NCBI GenBank assembly: GCA_965285935.1
Contig: OZ260662.1
Span: 29,078,001 to 29,142,000 of the forward strand
DNA length: 64,000 nucleotides
Source of the DNA: Ophelia neglecta
Lineage: Eukaryota
Direction of reading: 5' to 3'
Of this stretch, positions 38,731-51,942 are shown one piece after another; position 1 is the stretch's first letter, and every line of letters starts with the position of its first letter. A model generated the notes under the pieces. It was not told the origin of the DNA. It was given only the letters and a program-made list of their open reading frames with translations, and ran no database searches. Position numbers and translations under genes: made by a program.

Positions 38731-41643
38731 ACAATTATTCAGGCAGGTCAGCCAGCTGAGAACCATACTCCTGCATGGCTCCTTTGATTGCCCTTCCAAT
38801 GGAACTCAACCACTCCCCTGAGCAGTCCAGACATCATTACGGTCTGTTTAGGACCACTGTGAAGTTTGCCAAGCCCTTGCTTCCAACCTCATTTGTCCAT
38901 TCCATCATCATGAAGATTCAGCTTTTGTGACTATTATTGTTTCTTGAACCCCTAGTAATAATTACATGGCAGGACTGTTATATGGGGCGTTCATCTGAAA
39001 CATTAAATGTCAGCATAACAATATTGTAATACACTGGCTGCTGTTACCTCTTGGCCAGTCATTGACCCATTAATAAACCCACGACCTAATATCTGTGCAG
39101 ACAATTCGAGGCTGTCTGTTTCTACTTGTGATGGCTTTGAGCCTGCTCTGGCTGTGAAGTGACCCGGGTTGGATTTGATCTGGTTTATCTAAGAATATGG
39201 GATGACTGGCCATACTTGTGCCTGATTTACCAAACCAATCTCAAAACCAAGATTTGTTCTCTGTCCACCCGTGAGAACACCCCGTCCGATGTTGGATAAA
39301 ATTGAATGCCTTGTTTGCTGGATAACGGACACTGACAGCTCGAAGGAGATAAAAACAGGACACAGTATGTGAAGAAGACGTTTTCTGAAGGACAAGCTGG
39401 CAGAGATTCCATGTTTCTGGAGCTCAAAGCCACAAGTGACAAGGCAGATAATGAAGAACTCCAAAGAATGTGTGGTCTTACGGGATTGAAGTGCTCCCAA
39501 TCAGGGAACCATCAGAGAGGGATTTACACTCTATACAATGGCTGACTGCTTCCCCTAATAGGCATGTCCACTAACATCACTGCGTGGATGTCTTGGAGCG
39601 GTGAAGGCATTCGTCATCTTCTCCCATTATCCAGAAAGGTCTCAGAATGCCATCTGGGAAACTTCTATGCTAATGTGGTGATTTGTCTTTTTAGACGAGC
39701 ACATGGTATAAAGCTGAATTTATGAATTCAGATTTCATCCTTTATTAATCCTTAACAATTGATCATGTTAAAAGAAAGTGCCTCAGCCTATTACATGTCC
39801 TTCCTCATTTCATGCTTGTTGGTCTTTGGACATTGTCCACAAATAGAAAATAGTTATGGTGGTCTCAGGTCAAAACATACCTTAGGTGATCGGTGACAGG
39901 TGGCGAATGCATTGAGACGGCAATGACCTGTTTTACGTCTGACTGTTCCCGCTGTGGGGTGATACGTCCTGCCCAGCCCAAGTACATGCACACTGTATAC
40001 ACACCTTGTACTTACAGGGATTTGCTGGCCCCACCCAGCACATTCACAGGTCAATGCAATGGATGTGGCTGCCAGCAATGGGAAAATTGGCTGAGAAAGG
40101 TGAAGAATTATGCAATGTAAGGAAGAGGTGAAATTACCAACTTGAATGTGCAATTCTGCCTGTTATCGGCTGCCAAGGGAAGACTTGCCATTCAGTTATG
40201 ATGACTTACCTCATTATCACTCATTGTGCTGATCATACTATGTTTTAAATGTAGTTTTTTTCTTGTTCAAGGAAGGGCATATGATGAATAAGTAGCCTAT
40301 ACACAAACCATCTTCATGTCATGCAAATGGCATGACTGCAAAATTTGTGTGAGTTATGGCCTCTAGTTTATTATTCTGGAGAAGGGCTTTAGATTTCAAA
40401 CAGTGACATAATGTTTGTAAAACGTTTGAAAGCTTAACACACAAAGCAGATTGAACATACAAATATTGTGTATTTTGCTTATAGTTCCTTGGTCGGCACA
40501 TATCTGAGCCAGGTCTACGACTGCCTCAGACAAATCTAGCACTCAAATCAATGTTAGGTCTATGCATCTGTATAAAAGTGTTAAAAAGCTGCAGTGATTT
40601 ATTGTTAAGTCTGCAGTGGGATTTATCATGTGGGCTTCATTTCAGTGAGCAAGAAATCATGCGTTGAGAAGCAGCGTTTCCCCTGCGACTCCGGAAATGC
40701 CTGCTCCCGTGCTTTCTGGTTCTGTGCCCGGCAGATTAATGTCCTGGCTGCATTTGAATCACTGAGCAGTCAGATGTGAAAATCAACGGTGTCTGGTAAA
40801 CTCGGCTGACAATAGCATCATTAAAACATTCTCTTCAACCTGAACAGACATTATCTTGTCACATCCATTCTTTTTGTGTAAGGTTTGGAATGAATTGCCT
40901 ACAGAGCCTACTGCTTATTTGTCACTCCTACTGTATGTTAACTGAACAGTGCAAGATAACTATATGATGAATGTTACGTAGCTGATACATGTTATGATGT
41001 ACATCTCTCCAAGTGCACGACATCTCAGCAAAAGCCTGCTTGTGGAATCATCAAGTTGTGGAAGGGTCAACTCATGGAAGCTGAATGCCATTATGACAAC
41101 TGTTGAAATGACCACTGCTTGAAGCATCACTTTGTCGAATTGCCCTCAAAACCTCAATGCACAAACTTAAATAAAGCATGGACATTGCCACCCTGTCTTT
41201 TTTATTCTTATTTCAGTTAATCAAAATCAAATGCTTTCTTAGCTTTTCTGGTTGCCAAGCCTATCAGCGGCCATCTTTCCCATAACCAGTGGTCAAAGCA
41301 AGCAGTGCTATTTTTTCCACTCATGGCAATTGTAACCTTGCTGATGATGGTTTTATATAGTCATGTGACAAGAAGTTGGCCAAATTCCATGTTGGGTTGT
41401 GCCAAGATCCAACTTGCAAGGCCAAGGTGAAAACTCCACCACCCTGCTTGTTCACAAAGTACAAAATACCTGATGACATATGTGATAACTGGCCTGATAT
41501 CTGGCCATCAATGTGCACTAATAAAAACACCTGACCAAGATTTAAAAAATACATTTTCAGTTGGACCAAATATTTCTGGTAAATATTTCCAACAGTTATC
41601 TTAATATCAATAATGTGATCACCATTGAGCCAATGTTATTGTA

Positions 41644-41820
41644 CAGTGAAACCTGCCATAAAGACCACCTCTGAATTCAGACCACCTGATAATTCAGACC
41701 ACTTATTTGAAGGCCATACTGCATCCTTTCAATGTAAAATAACCTGCCTAAACAGACCACCCCATAATGAGACCAGTATTTTCCAGTCCCATGGGTGGTC
41801 TCAATTCACAGGTTTCACTG
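41644..41820. mobile_element. 177-bp pogo/Tigger-type (Tc1/mariner superfamily) MITE
   Basis: TA|CAGTGAAACCTG...CAGGTTTCACTG|TA: a 12-bp perfect TIR with further imperfect pairing (AGACCACC/GGTGGTCT), TA TSD, and internal AGACCAC sub-repeats. Confidence 0.88.
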
Positions 41821-42039
41821 TATTTTGACAAAATGTCGGTTTGGAGAGTTGGCCATTCTACAAGTTGTCACTTTCAATGGCCTTTATTCTGGTGTCATGT
41901 ACTCCGTCTCTCTGACAACTAGGTTATGCTAAACATATATTTTGCCACTGCTGCTGTATGTTAACTGCCAGTAACATGTTTGTCACTCCTACTGTACTGC
42001 TGATGGAAAATAGTCAATCAATCAGGGACTATTAATAGC

Positions 42040-42205
42040 AGCATTCCGTGGCGGATCCAGGAAATTTGTTGAAGCTTTTTGTCTAGAAATTGATGTTGAT
42101 GTGCAAGTGCCAAAGGCACACAGCCAGTGCCAGTCTGAGGGCATGCCCCCTGGCAGGAAGTTTTGATTATTTGAAGCATTTTGGTGCACTCTTGAGCATT
42201 TTTTT
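42040..42205. mobile_element. Possible one-ended remnant of a GC-rich non-autonomous DNA transposon
   Basis: GTGGCGGATCCAGGAAATTT...GGGCATGCCCCC...GCATTTTGGTGCA motifs resemble common invertebrate MITE ends. No partner end was found. Confidence 0.3.
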
Positions 42206-45080
42206 GCAGTGAGATTATCTATGAATTTCAAAGCTTTAAATTGCCAATTTGAGGAAATATTGGCACTAGCAAAATATGTTTAGAATACAAACGTTATTGC
42301 TTTATATGTAATGTTTATAAATTTAATATTGTCAAAATATAGCCAATTTATTTAGTCATACCTGTACCAAGATACAAGTAGATGACCTCTTCAGGGAACC
42401 TGGCCCTATGTGTTAGATTTTATTGAGTCTAAGTTCGATCTAAGAATATTCTTAGGTAAGAAACTGTTCACAGTCGGTGGGCTGAAACATTCTAAGATGA
42501 AACTTGGCTGAGGATGACTAGAACATGCTGGCCTGATTAAGGTAGTGCTGTGAAGAGATCCAAATGGGATGTCCTAATGAATTTTCTTGGCAGTGTATCT
42601 TAAAAATATTTACCATTGCTTATTGCATCAAACTTTATTGTTTATATGTGCTTACTAGTAATGGTCATTTATCTACAATGGTCTTACTAGGGAATCACTT
42701 GCTTCTGGACTCCAAATCTCTGTGCCTAGTTTTCTTGGCTTAGTGATTTCTTATAGTTAAGTGGTGAAACAGTCTGAGCTGAAACTTGGTTAGGTAAGGT
42801 TCGACCATGCCTGGCATACCAAGACCCCCACATTTTGTCCATGAGCTCCCAAGGCCAACCTTTTAATTTGACCATCCTTGACCTATAAAATGGCAAATGC
42901 CCCTAATGCCACAGCAACAACATGGCATTAAGGTGGGCTTGCTTAATTGATGGGAAGAGTATCAAGAGGTGTTTCCATAAATGTACCAATCTGTGTATCC
43001 ACGCCCAAGAATGTTTCAGCACACCTTCAAATCTTAGCCTTAAGTCCCAGGGTTCCAACTAGGCTAAGGAAGATACCATTGTATTTTAACAAATAGTTAT
43101 TTGTAACCTGAAAGGCGATAGGCCTCGATGAGCAGCTTGTATAATGCTTAGCAGTAGACACGAAGGGGGGCCTCTGGATCTGCCTCTAAGGTTGTGCTAA
43201 AAACTGTCAAAATACTTATGGACAGATTTTCAAGCTTTCCCTGCATGTTAGGTAAAGGCTCTATATGCAAGTCATACTTAGTTTAAAGATGATTTCAAAC
43301 TGTCATTTCAGGACACAAAGTTGCCCTTTATCATAGAGACAATTTAGTTACCGGTACTATTATAAAAAAAAACCTCAGATTGGTTGATTGTACAGGAAAC
43401 CTGCTTTCCTGATCGAGATTTGACAGCAGTCTATGTGTGATTTGAAACCATAGCTCGTGCTTGCATGTCTGTCAAGAAATCATATCTGGGTTATTTTCTG
43501 CTCAACAGTCTTTGTTGCAATATGTTTAATACTAAGTTGGCTTTGAACTTGATATGTTTGTATATTATCAAATAAGCACAGCAGACAGGAAGCAAATTAT
43601 TTCTGGGTTTACATTTGAAGTGAGTCTAATGACACTATATGCATAAATTAGTACAGTTCATGGGATAAACATATATTGTGTATTTCCTAAGTCTTTGAAT
43701 AAAACTCTTTGGATTTCAAATTAAAACAAAAAATACTTGCTTCTTTGAATGGATCTGGTCTGGTCAAGTTGTACTACCTAACTTACAAAGTGCTTCTCAA
43801 TTCACAAAATAATGCCTAGCTTCAGCCTGATAAGTGCTGTTTTCTCATAAGGGCCACTTTAGATGCTGCTCCTAAATCAGAAGACACAGCTGCTCCCTTC
43901 ACACAAAAGTGAAATGGAGAAGGTTGCCATTGGACAAACTTAGTTAACTCTTGCTGTCAGAGTAAAGCAGACTTTATATGGCTCTAGTCCCTGTAGAAGA
44001 TCACTCTGCATTTCTGAGTTGGCCAGCCATTCTTCTCCTTGGCATTTAGCACTGCCATCCTGGCAATATTCTGAGTATACATGTTTAAGGCCAGAGCTGA
44101 CCAAGCCTTTTTGAAATGCACTCAGATGATGTTACTGATCTTTAACAGGTGATATGCTAAGAAGACAATGTCTGCCAGAAATGACAAAAAAAGGTGTTCT
44201 AAGACCATCTTACTCGGCAGGCTAAAGGTATCTGATGTGGGCTTAGCTCCTGAAAGTACCTGCAGTCCTAAGCCTCTGATTGTCCATACGCCTTCTGCTA
44301 CTCTCCTATCAGAGACCCTGCCATATAAAATGTCCCTGTTTCTTAATTCTGTTAGTGCTAAGCTTCATCTAGTTATGTGTAAGAAGTGGTAAGACTGGGG
44401 CTTTTTATGTGGGAGGTTAGCAGTGTGACAGTGCATCAGAGCACATCACAATCTTGTTAATATGAAGTGAAAGAGAAAGAATGCTTCCTTCTTCTCTCTA
44501 ATGGCCATTGGGTGTTTCTCTCCCACAATTCAATTTTCTGTTACAGTTTTGCAGCGAAAAGCCTGGGTAGAAGCATTTAATGCAATTCATCAAAATCTTG
44601 ATCAGATTTGCCATGTTGTAAATCCAATAATGAATCTCAACCAAGGTTAGTCTTCAGCTATCCCATGTTTGGAGAAAAACTCACCAGACATTGATTCATT
44701 CGTGCTTTGTAGCGCCCTCAATATGTTGGCAGTGATCTTTGACAAATTAGTGAAATCTGCGATTTGATCTCAATATGCTGACCTATCTCTTTTTATTTGG
44801 CTCACTGAGATATATGAATATATATAATGTAGGCTCAATAAGGTTATAGTCATGTACAGTTATTTATTAAATGGTGGTATCGACATGATGAACCAACATT
44901 GAGGTCTAACCATGAACTTTGTCATTATAGCATTTCCTTTTTTTTTATAAAAAATATTGCAGCATTTCCTTCTTTTGATAATAACAATTATGGAATTGGA
45001 AGTTGACATTTCCTGTGTAAAATGTGTGCTCCCATATACTGTAGAACTATTTTATAACCAATCTCTTATATTTTTTGCAG

Positions 45081-45268
45081 ACTTCAGGGTCAAGCAATGG
45101 GACTCCTAGTGAACCACCAAAAGAAATCAACCCGGAAATATACTGCAAAGTGTGTGGAGTGTCTTTCAATTCTCCCAAACAGGCACAGCAGCATTATCAG
45201 GGGAAAAACCATGCCAAGAAACTGCGAGCTTCTCACCAGCCACACCCAGGCTCTCCAGAAAACTCCAA
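45081..45268 (+). CDS. ZMAT3: Internal coding exon B of the same ZMAT3-like gene: zinc finger 2
   Basis: Acceptor tattttttgcAG (AG 45079-45080, phase 0, matching the exon A donor). Encodes EIYCKVCGVSFNSPKQAQQHYQGKNHAKKLR. Donor AA|GTAGGT (GT 45269-45270, phase 2). Confidence 0.9.
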
Positions 45269-48200
45269 GTAGGTCATCACCATCACACGCCTGCTATTTA
45301 AGCCCAAATTAAGACGTATTTACTCTTTCACTGCTATAGTTGTATGTGTGCGGCTTACGTCAGAAGGTCATAATGGGAGTTGTGTGACTAGCATACTTTT
45401 ATTATCTGTGAATCACAAAGGCTTGACAAGCGCTATATACCAAGTGTTTTTTACCTGCGCCATATGACTTGTACCCTTGTTTGATGGGAAATGCCATTGG
45501 CTTCATTGCAATTACAAATATGCAACATTTGGTAGTTAAGAAACCCATGAGTATTATAAATGTAACAGTTGTTAGAAGCACTGTATTTGGCCATTTTTAA
45601 CAATTTAAGGAGTTGGTTTCCATAGAGACCAGATTATTCCAAGAACAAAATCAAGTTGGACATTGTAGATTTCATATGTTATTCTTATGTGCAATTAAGT
45701 GTTTATAGAGCAAATGTTTTCCAAGATATAGTTTTATAGATTAAATATCTTTCTTTTTTTTCAATTCTTGAAAACAGTCAGGCATTATCAACATGTTTTG
45801 GAGTCCCACACAAAACAGACATTTTTCAAAAGTTCATTGTCATTCACCATTGTGATCTAAAAATGATGCCATGCCCTGGCTTTGTAAAGTCCAAATGAGA
45901 TTGTAATTTGAAACAATTTGCAGAAAAACAAAATTTGAAGATCCCTATCCCATGAGATATATTGTGTCTAACATTCTAACGGCTTGGCATGGTTTGACCT
46001 TTATAGCTGTCTCAGAAAAGTAATGATGCAGGATGGGTTGTTCATTTGTTGATAAGGAAATCAAGTTTGCTCCATATTAAGAAGCTTTCAATTGCATAGC
46101 ACTGTGTTTTTATAGTAATCTTTGATTTACATAGCAGTGTATAATCTATACTTAGAGTAATATCTAAGCCAATCTAAACCAGATCTGACTGAGCAATTGC
46201 CCAGATTTAAATACCAATAGATTAATAGCCATCAAATCTAGTCTGTATTGGGTCATCCACATTTCCATATTAGCTCCTAGAATTGCCCACATTGCAATAG
46301 AATTTTCCACTATGACTGTGATAACACCTGTTTCCCAACAATTTCCTGCCTGTAAGCTCCTGCGCTGGCTCGTCTCCCAGCTGTAAAGTGCTGTTAAAGT
46401 GCCCCAATTGAGGGATATCCCTACAGCTTTACAGGGATTGCCGCTCTCCATTTAGCTGTCGTAGAGTGCACTGTAAATCATATACATTACCTCTTATGGC
46501 CACGGGAGATGCTTCAGGCTGTTTGCCTTTCTTTCGGCTGTCTGCCGAGCGAATTGCAGAGGATGGATTAAGCTGGTAATACCTCCATGGCACAATAAAC
46601 CAGCAGCAATTGGGAATTTATTTCTGCCCTTTGTCCATTGTCAGTCAAGGTGGGGGGCAAGGGCTCAAGGAGAGCAATGCCAGAATATGTTCAGGGAGCT
46701 TTCTTTAAGATTAAGGTTTTTCCCTGTGCAATATTGCTTGTCTATTCAGCCAATGTCAGTCATAGTTGCAACCATTGTGCTTTGAGGTAATTGAACACAT
46801 ATAATATATGGCCTTGGATGAAGTTTATTTATGTTGAGAGTTCACCCCCAAAGCACCATCAGTAGCCTCTGAATATCACTTGTGTCACTTGTCAAGGAAT
46901 GGTTATATGATAGCTGTATAATGTGTGTTTGAAGGAAAATATGGGACTAAAATTGTACTTTGTCCCACCTTGTTAGGTAGTCATTCTCACCATTCCTACA
47001 AAAATATTGACCTCACAATAAAACATTCAGAGTTTGCCCAAATTTAATATTTACTATACATTTAGTAACAACTATAAGCATGGCTTACTGCCAGTGTACT
47101 CGGTACAATAGATTATGGGTTACTCAATCAAAAACGGATTTAACAATAGGACTTGGATTTATTGTATTTTAGCCGTGCTAGATACAGATATCCATCTATC
47201 CAATATTGCTATCTTCATCCTTGCCATGAGGTATGAGGGCCTCATTATGAGGTTTGGAGAAGGGATGAGTCCTTATTAATATCAGTTTAGTTATTAAGTA
47301 AGGGAGAGGGGTGGGGGAGTGATTTGAAAATATCAGTGTGTGCCCCTCTCCATATTTGTTGTTCTTCTCTTTTCACCACAATGGTTCGGGAAAGGTGGGT
47401 GTCCATTGTTCTGCCCAAACACTTGTGCCCCAATGTATTAGAAGGGGAAGCCCTCTCCAAGAGAAGACGTCATTGGAATGGGCCAATCAAAAGGAAGTGA
47501 CTGGCAACATCCCTGGAGTATACCAAGTTTTAACGTACCGGGCAGGTGGGTGATATTGTGTTGAAATAATAAGGTCGTAGGTTTTTCGCATTGAAATGAG
47601 AAGAATATTAATTGTTTTCAGGGTGGGGCTGGGGGGGGGGGGGCAGGGAGGGAGGCAAAGCATTATGGCTGGGCAATTCCTAGCTGTTTTGATTACATTA
47701 TCAAGTTATTACAGGGTCAATACTCTGGGTGATGTATTCATGTATTAATCAATGCCATCTCAGGGTGTTTAATGATCTCTGTCTAAGAACTTTGTACTCC
47801 TATTGACACAAACACATATTGATCTTCCATAAATCACCACTACTTATTGCACTTTAAGAAAGGTTGCAGCCTCTGATGAGAGCTAACATGCTATATTCAT
47901 GAACAAATGATGTCAATGCCCTTCATTAATCCATATCAAATCCCATAAACGTCTCGATCAAACAAACAAGGGAATGTTTTTTAATGGAGGAAAAGTCTTG
48001 CCATCTCAAACTCCAACTAGATGGCATTTGATGCCTTAACATTTTCTAGAACCTGTACCATGTTTACTGAAGTATAGGAGTGGTATCAGACTTCATAAGC
48101 TGATACTATCTACCTCATACACACTGTATTGTCTTGAATTATTTAGAGGGACACATTATTTAGCTTCCCCATAGGGATTCACTTGAGTGTGCATTTTTAT

Positions 48201-51200
48201 TTTATCCCTTTTTATACAATGGATTCGCTTACATGTTTCTTTTATCAAAGTAGAGGTTTTATTTTAAAGTTGCCAATGAGGTAAAATTCTACTATTGGTG
48301 ATGTACTATTTTTTTTCTGTTATCCTTGTCTTGTCAAAACACATAAACTTGTCATGAGCCATGAGCTGTATATTGATTTTCTTCTTTTGAGTAATCTGTA
48401 TTCATGGAATTCATAAATAAATTAATTGTGATATCCACCAATGCTAATGTGCAGGCATGGCATGCATACTGTAAAATAAATCTTATCCTATTGGTATTAA
48501 AATATATTCATACTTCCATATGATTTGGCTTTTTGCAATCAGTAGCCAGATGCTCTCTCAGTTTATACCAGTTTTATTGGTCAATCTTACTTTATTCATT
48601 ATTAAGTGAATGAAAGATACTGATCTGATGTGTTGCCTTTTATCTGCCAGGATTTATTTCCTCTTGGTTGTTAATTCTCTGTATAACTTGTACTAGATAT
48701 TGATTTGACGCCAAGGTGGCAACCTTTTTTGCAGTGCTTCTTTCAGTGAACATGTACTAGACATGTATTATGTACTAGGTACTTATGGCAAACAAGTGTT
48801 TTAAAACCCTAGAAATTCGGTAACAACATATTTTGGCAGGCTGATGCATGGTCCTTAAAAACATAAGATTATTTACATATAATTTTGTCAGATTTGTCTC
48901 CTTCTAACACCATGCATAGCATTGTTCGGCTTATTATTATTATATTTAAAGCTCATGTTTGCTTGGTTGCACTTATTTCCACTGAACTCAATGGGTCACA
49001 ATAACACCTTTGTTTACTTCCCTTTGCTTAAGAAATACTGTAGCAGTGCATGTTGAATTAAATGCAAAATTAGTCATAAAACTAGAGAGGAAATAGCAAG
49101 CTACAAATCTTCCCTAAGATTGATCAAAGTTCATGCAGGTGGTGAGATTTGAGGCTGAGTGGCAGAGAAGTCTGGAGTTGTTTAGGACATTGGGGAGGTG
49201 ATTAAGGAGGTAGTTATCTGACATTTAGTACTTGCCAGATATAAAATGTTAAACTTAACAAGCCGTGAACTGAGCTGCTACAGTTATCTCTGGTTTAATG
49301 CTGGTGAAATCTGTAATAATATCTTGAGGAAACATATTTAATTTTCTTATTTTTCTAGCATACTGGTATCTTTATTTAAGCTAGGGGACCAGTTGTCAAA
49401 ATATTAAGTTTGTACTGCCAAATCCTACAAAAGTTTGACAGGTTGGTGATAAAGAGCTTTGGGTAAAGCAAAAAAAAAAACAAAAAACTAATCAACTTGT
49501 ACTTCTCATCAGATTATGTTTGTGCATGACATTACTGCCAAGGTCCTGCTTCTTAGAATGTTATGTAAGGGGTAGCAGCATCTTTTAAGCTGCTCCTCTT
49601 GAGTATGATGAGAAAGAGATTGCTTGTAGCCAGTCCCACCTGAGTCACCAGCTAATCACAGTCCTGTACATGTGTTTACCTCCGCCTGATTGTATCTCCC
49701 ATCCAGACCTTGCCATTAAACTCCCTGCTTATTTGTTTGCCTTTTTTTCCCCAGTGTTTTGGGCACCCTCATGTATATATCAGTTGGCTGATCTGCATCA
49801 GTCGTTATAGGCTTAAACTCCAGTTAGGTCTAGTATTGATGCTGAAAAGGTTAAGCTAGCACAGCCAATGTCATATTTTCTGCTGAGAAAATTCAGATTT
49901 GCCATGCTGGACATAGTTCAAACAGGAACAGCTACAAGGGGTAAATTACTAATATCGGTAATCAATTTTTTACACAGCTTCCTTCCTTTTTACAATACAC
50001 AAGACTGTTTTGGTTGTGCTATTTAGATTTATTAATATTTGTTAGTAGGTGTGAGGAGCTATTTTAGACTTGCTTGATGAAAACATCAAGTGGTGCCAAA
50101 CTGACACCAATCAGAGCCAGGCCGACCTGATCCTCGCTGTGGAGAGCCAATTATAAATTACAGGTATATCAGCGATTCCAATTTTTCCTGCTGCCCTCTT
50201 ATCAAGTTGGCTAAAAGCCTCGTGGACAGATCAGCAGTTAATGACTACTTTGGTATCAGAATTCTGAGGCTTAGACAGCTAGTACCAGAGAGGTTTGTTG
50301 GTATATATAATTCCACCTTGTCTCGTGTGTTAAATTTAGTAGGGAGATGTCAGCAGTATCTAGCAGGGTGATTTGTATTACAGACACATGGGCAGGCATC
50401 TCGGATTTAGTTACTCTGATCTGGTCTGTCAAATCAAAATAACCAAATCTCTGCTTTCACTTATAACTCAATAGATATTTTATAAAAAGGGTTAATAGTA
50501 AAAAGCCACTGTACTATATTTCAGGCCGTCAAAAACAACCAGAAATATTCCTGTGTTCCATTGCTGACCCCATTATCCAAGTGTTTAATGAATCTGACTA
50601 GAGTACTGAGATTTCCTGGTCTGCTAGATTTAGGTTATCATGATTTGGTTTACTGCTGACTTTTCATTTTTGCTAGTCAGAATCAACTAGGGATTTTAAA
50701 TAAATTTAACCAGCACACTGCTAAGTAGAACTTAAAATATACCAACATTTTTACCCGAGGGTAATGTTTATGAGAACTCAAAAGAGATAATAAATATATT
50801 CTGGCACCTTTTTTATGACTTAAAACATAGATCAATCATCTCCAGAACACCACTTGAGAATCAGCCATTTTAAATGTTACACTTTTACACACAGAATATC
50901 ATAGAAACTGCGCTTGATAGAACTATGCTGGGAGGCATCCATCATAGTCAGCTTCACGTCTGATCTCTCAGCAACTTCATAAATGTATCAGCAGGGAATC
51001 AGGGCAGGCTTGTCTTGTCATTGGCTCTCTGAGGGCAAGTTGGACAAAATATGGCAAACTGGTCTAACTTCTCTGTTGGTGCCAATGGGAAGGTATTGCA
51101 AATATGGCTATTATGGAAGAAGTGGAGTGCAGCCTGTGACTTTTATTGCTTGATGTTGTCAGATAGAATTTTCTTTAAATTCATTTGGTGTAATGGGCAA

Positions 51201-51784
51201 AAAAGCCAACTTGTTATTATTCTTTACCTAATGGAGTTTTCTTATATCGTCTTTCATGGTTAACTTTCCACTCGGCTGTATTTTGCAGACTGTCTGGGTT
51301 TAAACCTCATTTTACTACCAATAAGTACCTTACTTTTTACACACATTTACATGTAGACCATAGAGGTGAAGCTGTCACATGCTCTCCACAGTGCTCTACA
51401 CTGTTGATCTTACAGGCGCTTTGCTTTAACTAACAATATCAGCCTACTACTATATAAGAGAGTCCCCATGTGTTCTCAGAAAAGACCAATTTTAGTGTAC
51501 TACTCTCAGATATTAGTGCTTTTAAACTGGCTATTGAAGTAGTTACAATATACCACACAAAGGGAAAAGAATGCACAGGCAATTTAAGGTATTTTTGGTG
51601 CAACTACTAGCTATATTTATTTTAGAAGTAACCTAAAAGATCAGCCAAATTTGTGGTAGTAGTTTAAACCAATACCACTGTTATAGAGGAAATGCATCAA
51701 ACAGTTTAAATATTTGTCCCCAATATATGATATTTTCTGATATTGATGTCAGCATATTAAACGGTCGGTGTCTTTTGATTGCAG
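45269..51784 (+). other. About 6.5-kb GT-AG phase-2 intron between exons B and C
   Basis: The split codon AA|A joins the two finger-encoding frames. Confidence 0.78.
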
Positions 51785-51942
51785 AGTTGTGTCGAGGTAT
51801 GGTTGTTTTGTGTGTAATGCCCAGCTGACAAGCCAGGAGCAGTTGGATACCCACCTCAAGGGTACCTGTCATGCTGTTATCAAGTCCAAGTCAGACACCT
51901 CAGCAAGTGCTCTTAGAGGAAAGTGGGTGGGAAAACCTACAG
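51785..51942 (+). CDS. ZMAT3: Internal coding exon C of the same ZMAT3-like gene: zinc finger 3
   Basis: Acceptor tcttttgattgcAG (AG 51783-51784). The first base A completes the split codon AA|A (Lys), matching the phase-2 donor of exon B. Encodes YGCFVCNAQLTSQEQLDTHLKGTCH (C-x2-C-x12-H-x5-H). Donor AG|GTAAAC (GT 51943-51944, phase 1); an alternative donor AA|GTGGGT at 51923 is possible. Confidence 0.82.

Larger units (their letters stand above)
4105..45080 (+). other. About 41-kb GT-AG intron between exons A and B
   Basis: Phase 0 donor and phase 0 acceptor are compatible. No convincing intervening exon was seen, but small exons could be missed. Confidence 0.7.

Noticed and set aside
38226-38799. 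Cys/His-rich repeat ORFs that resemble metal-binding proteins
   Set aside because: Translation of a 33-bp minisatellite, open on both strands.
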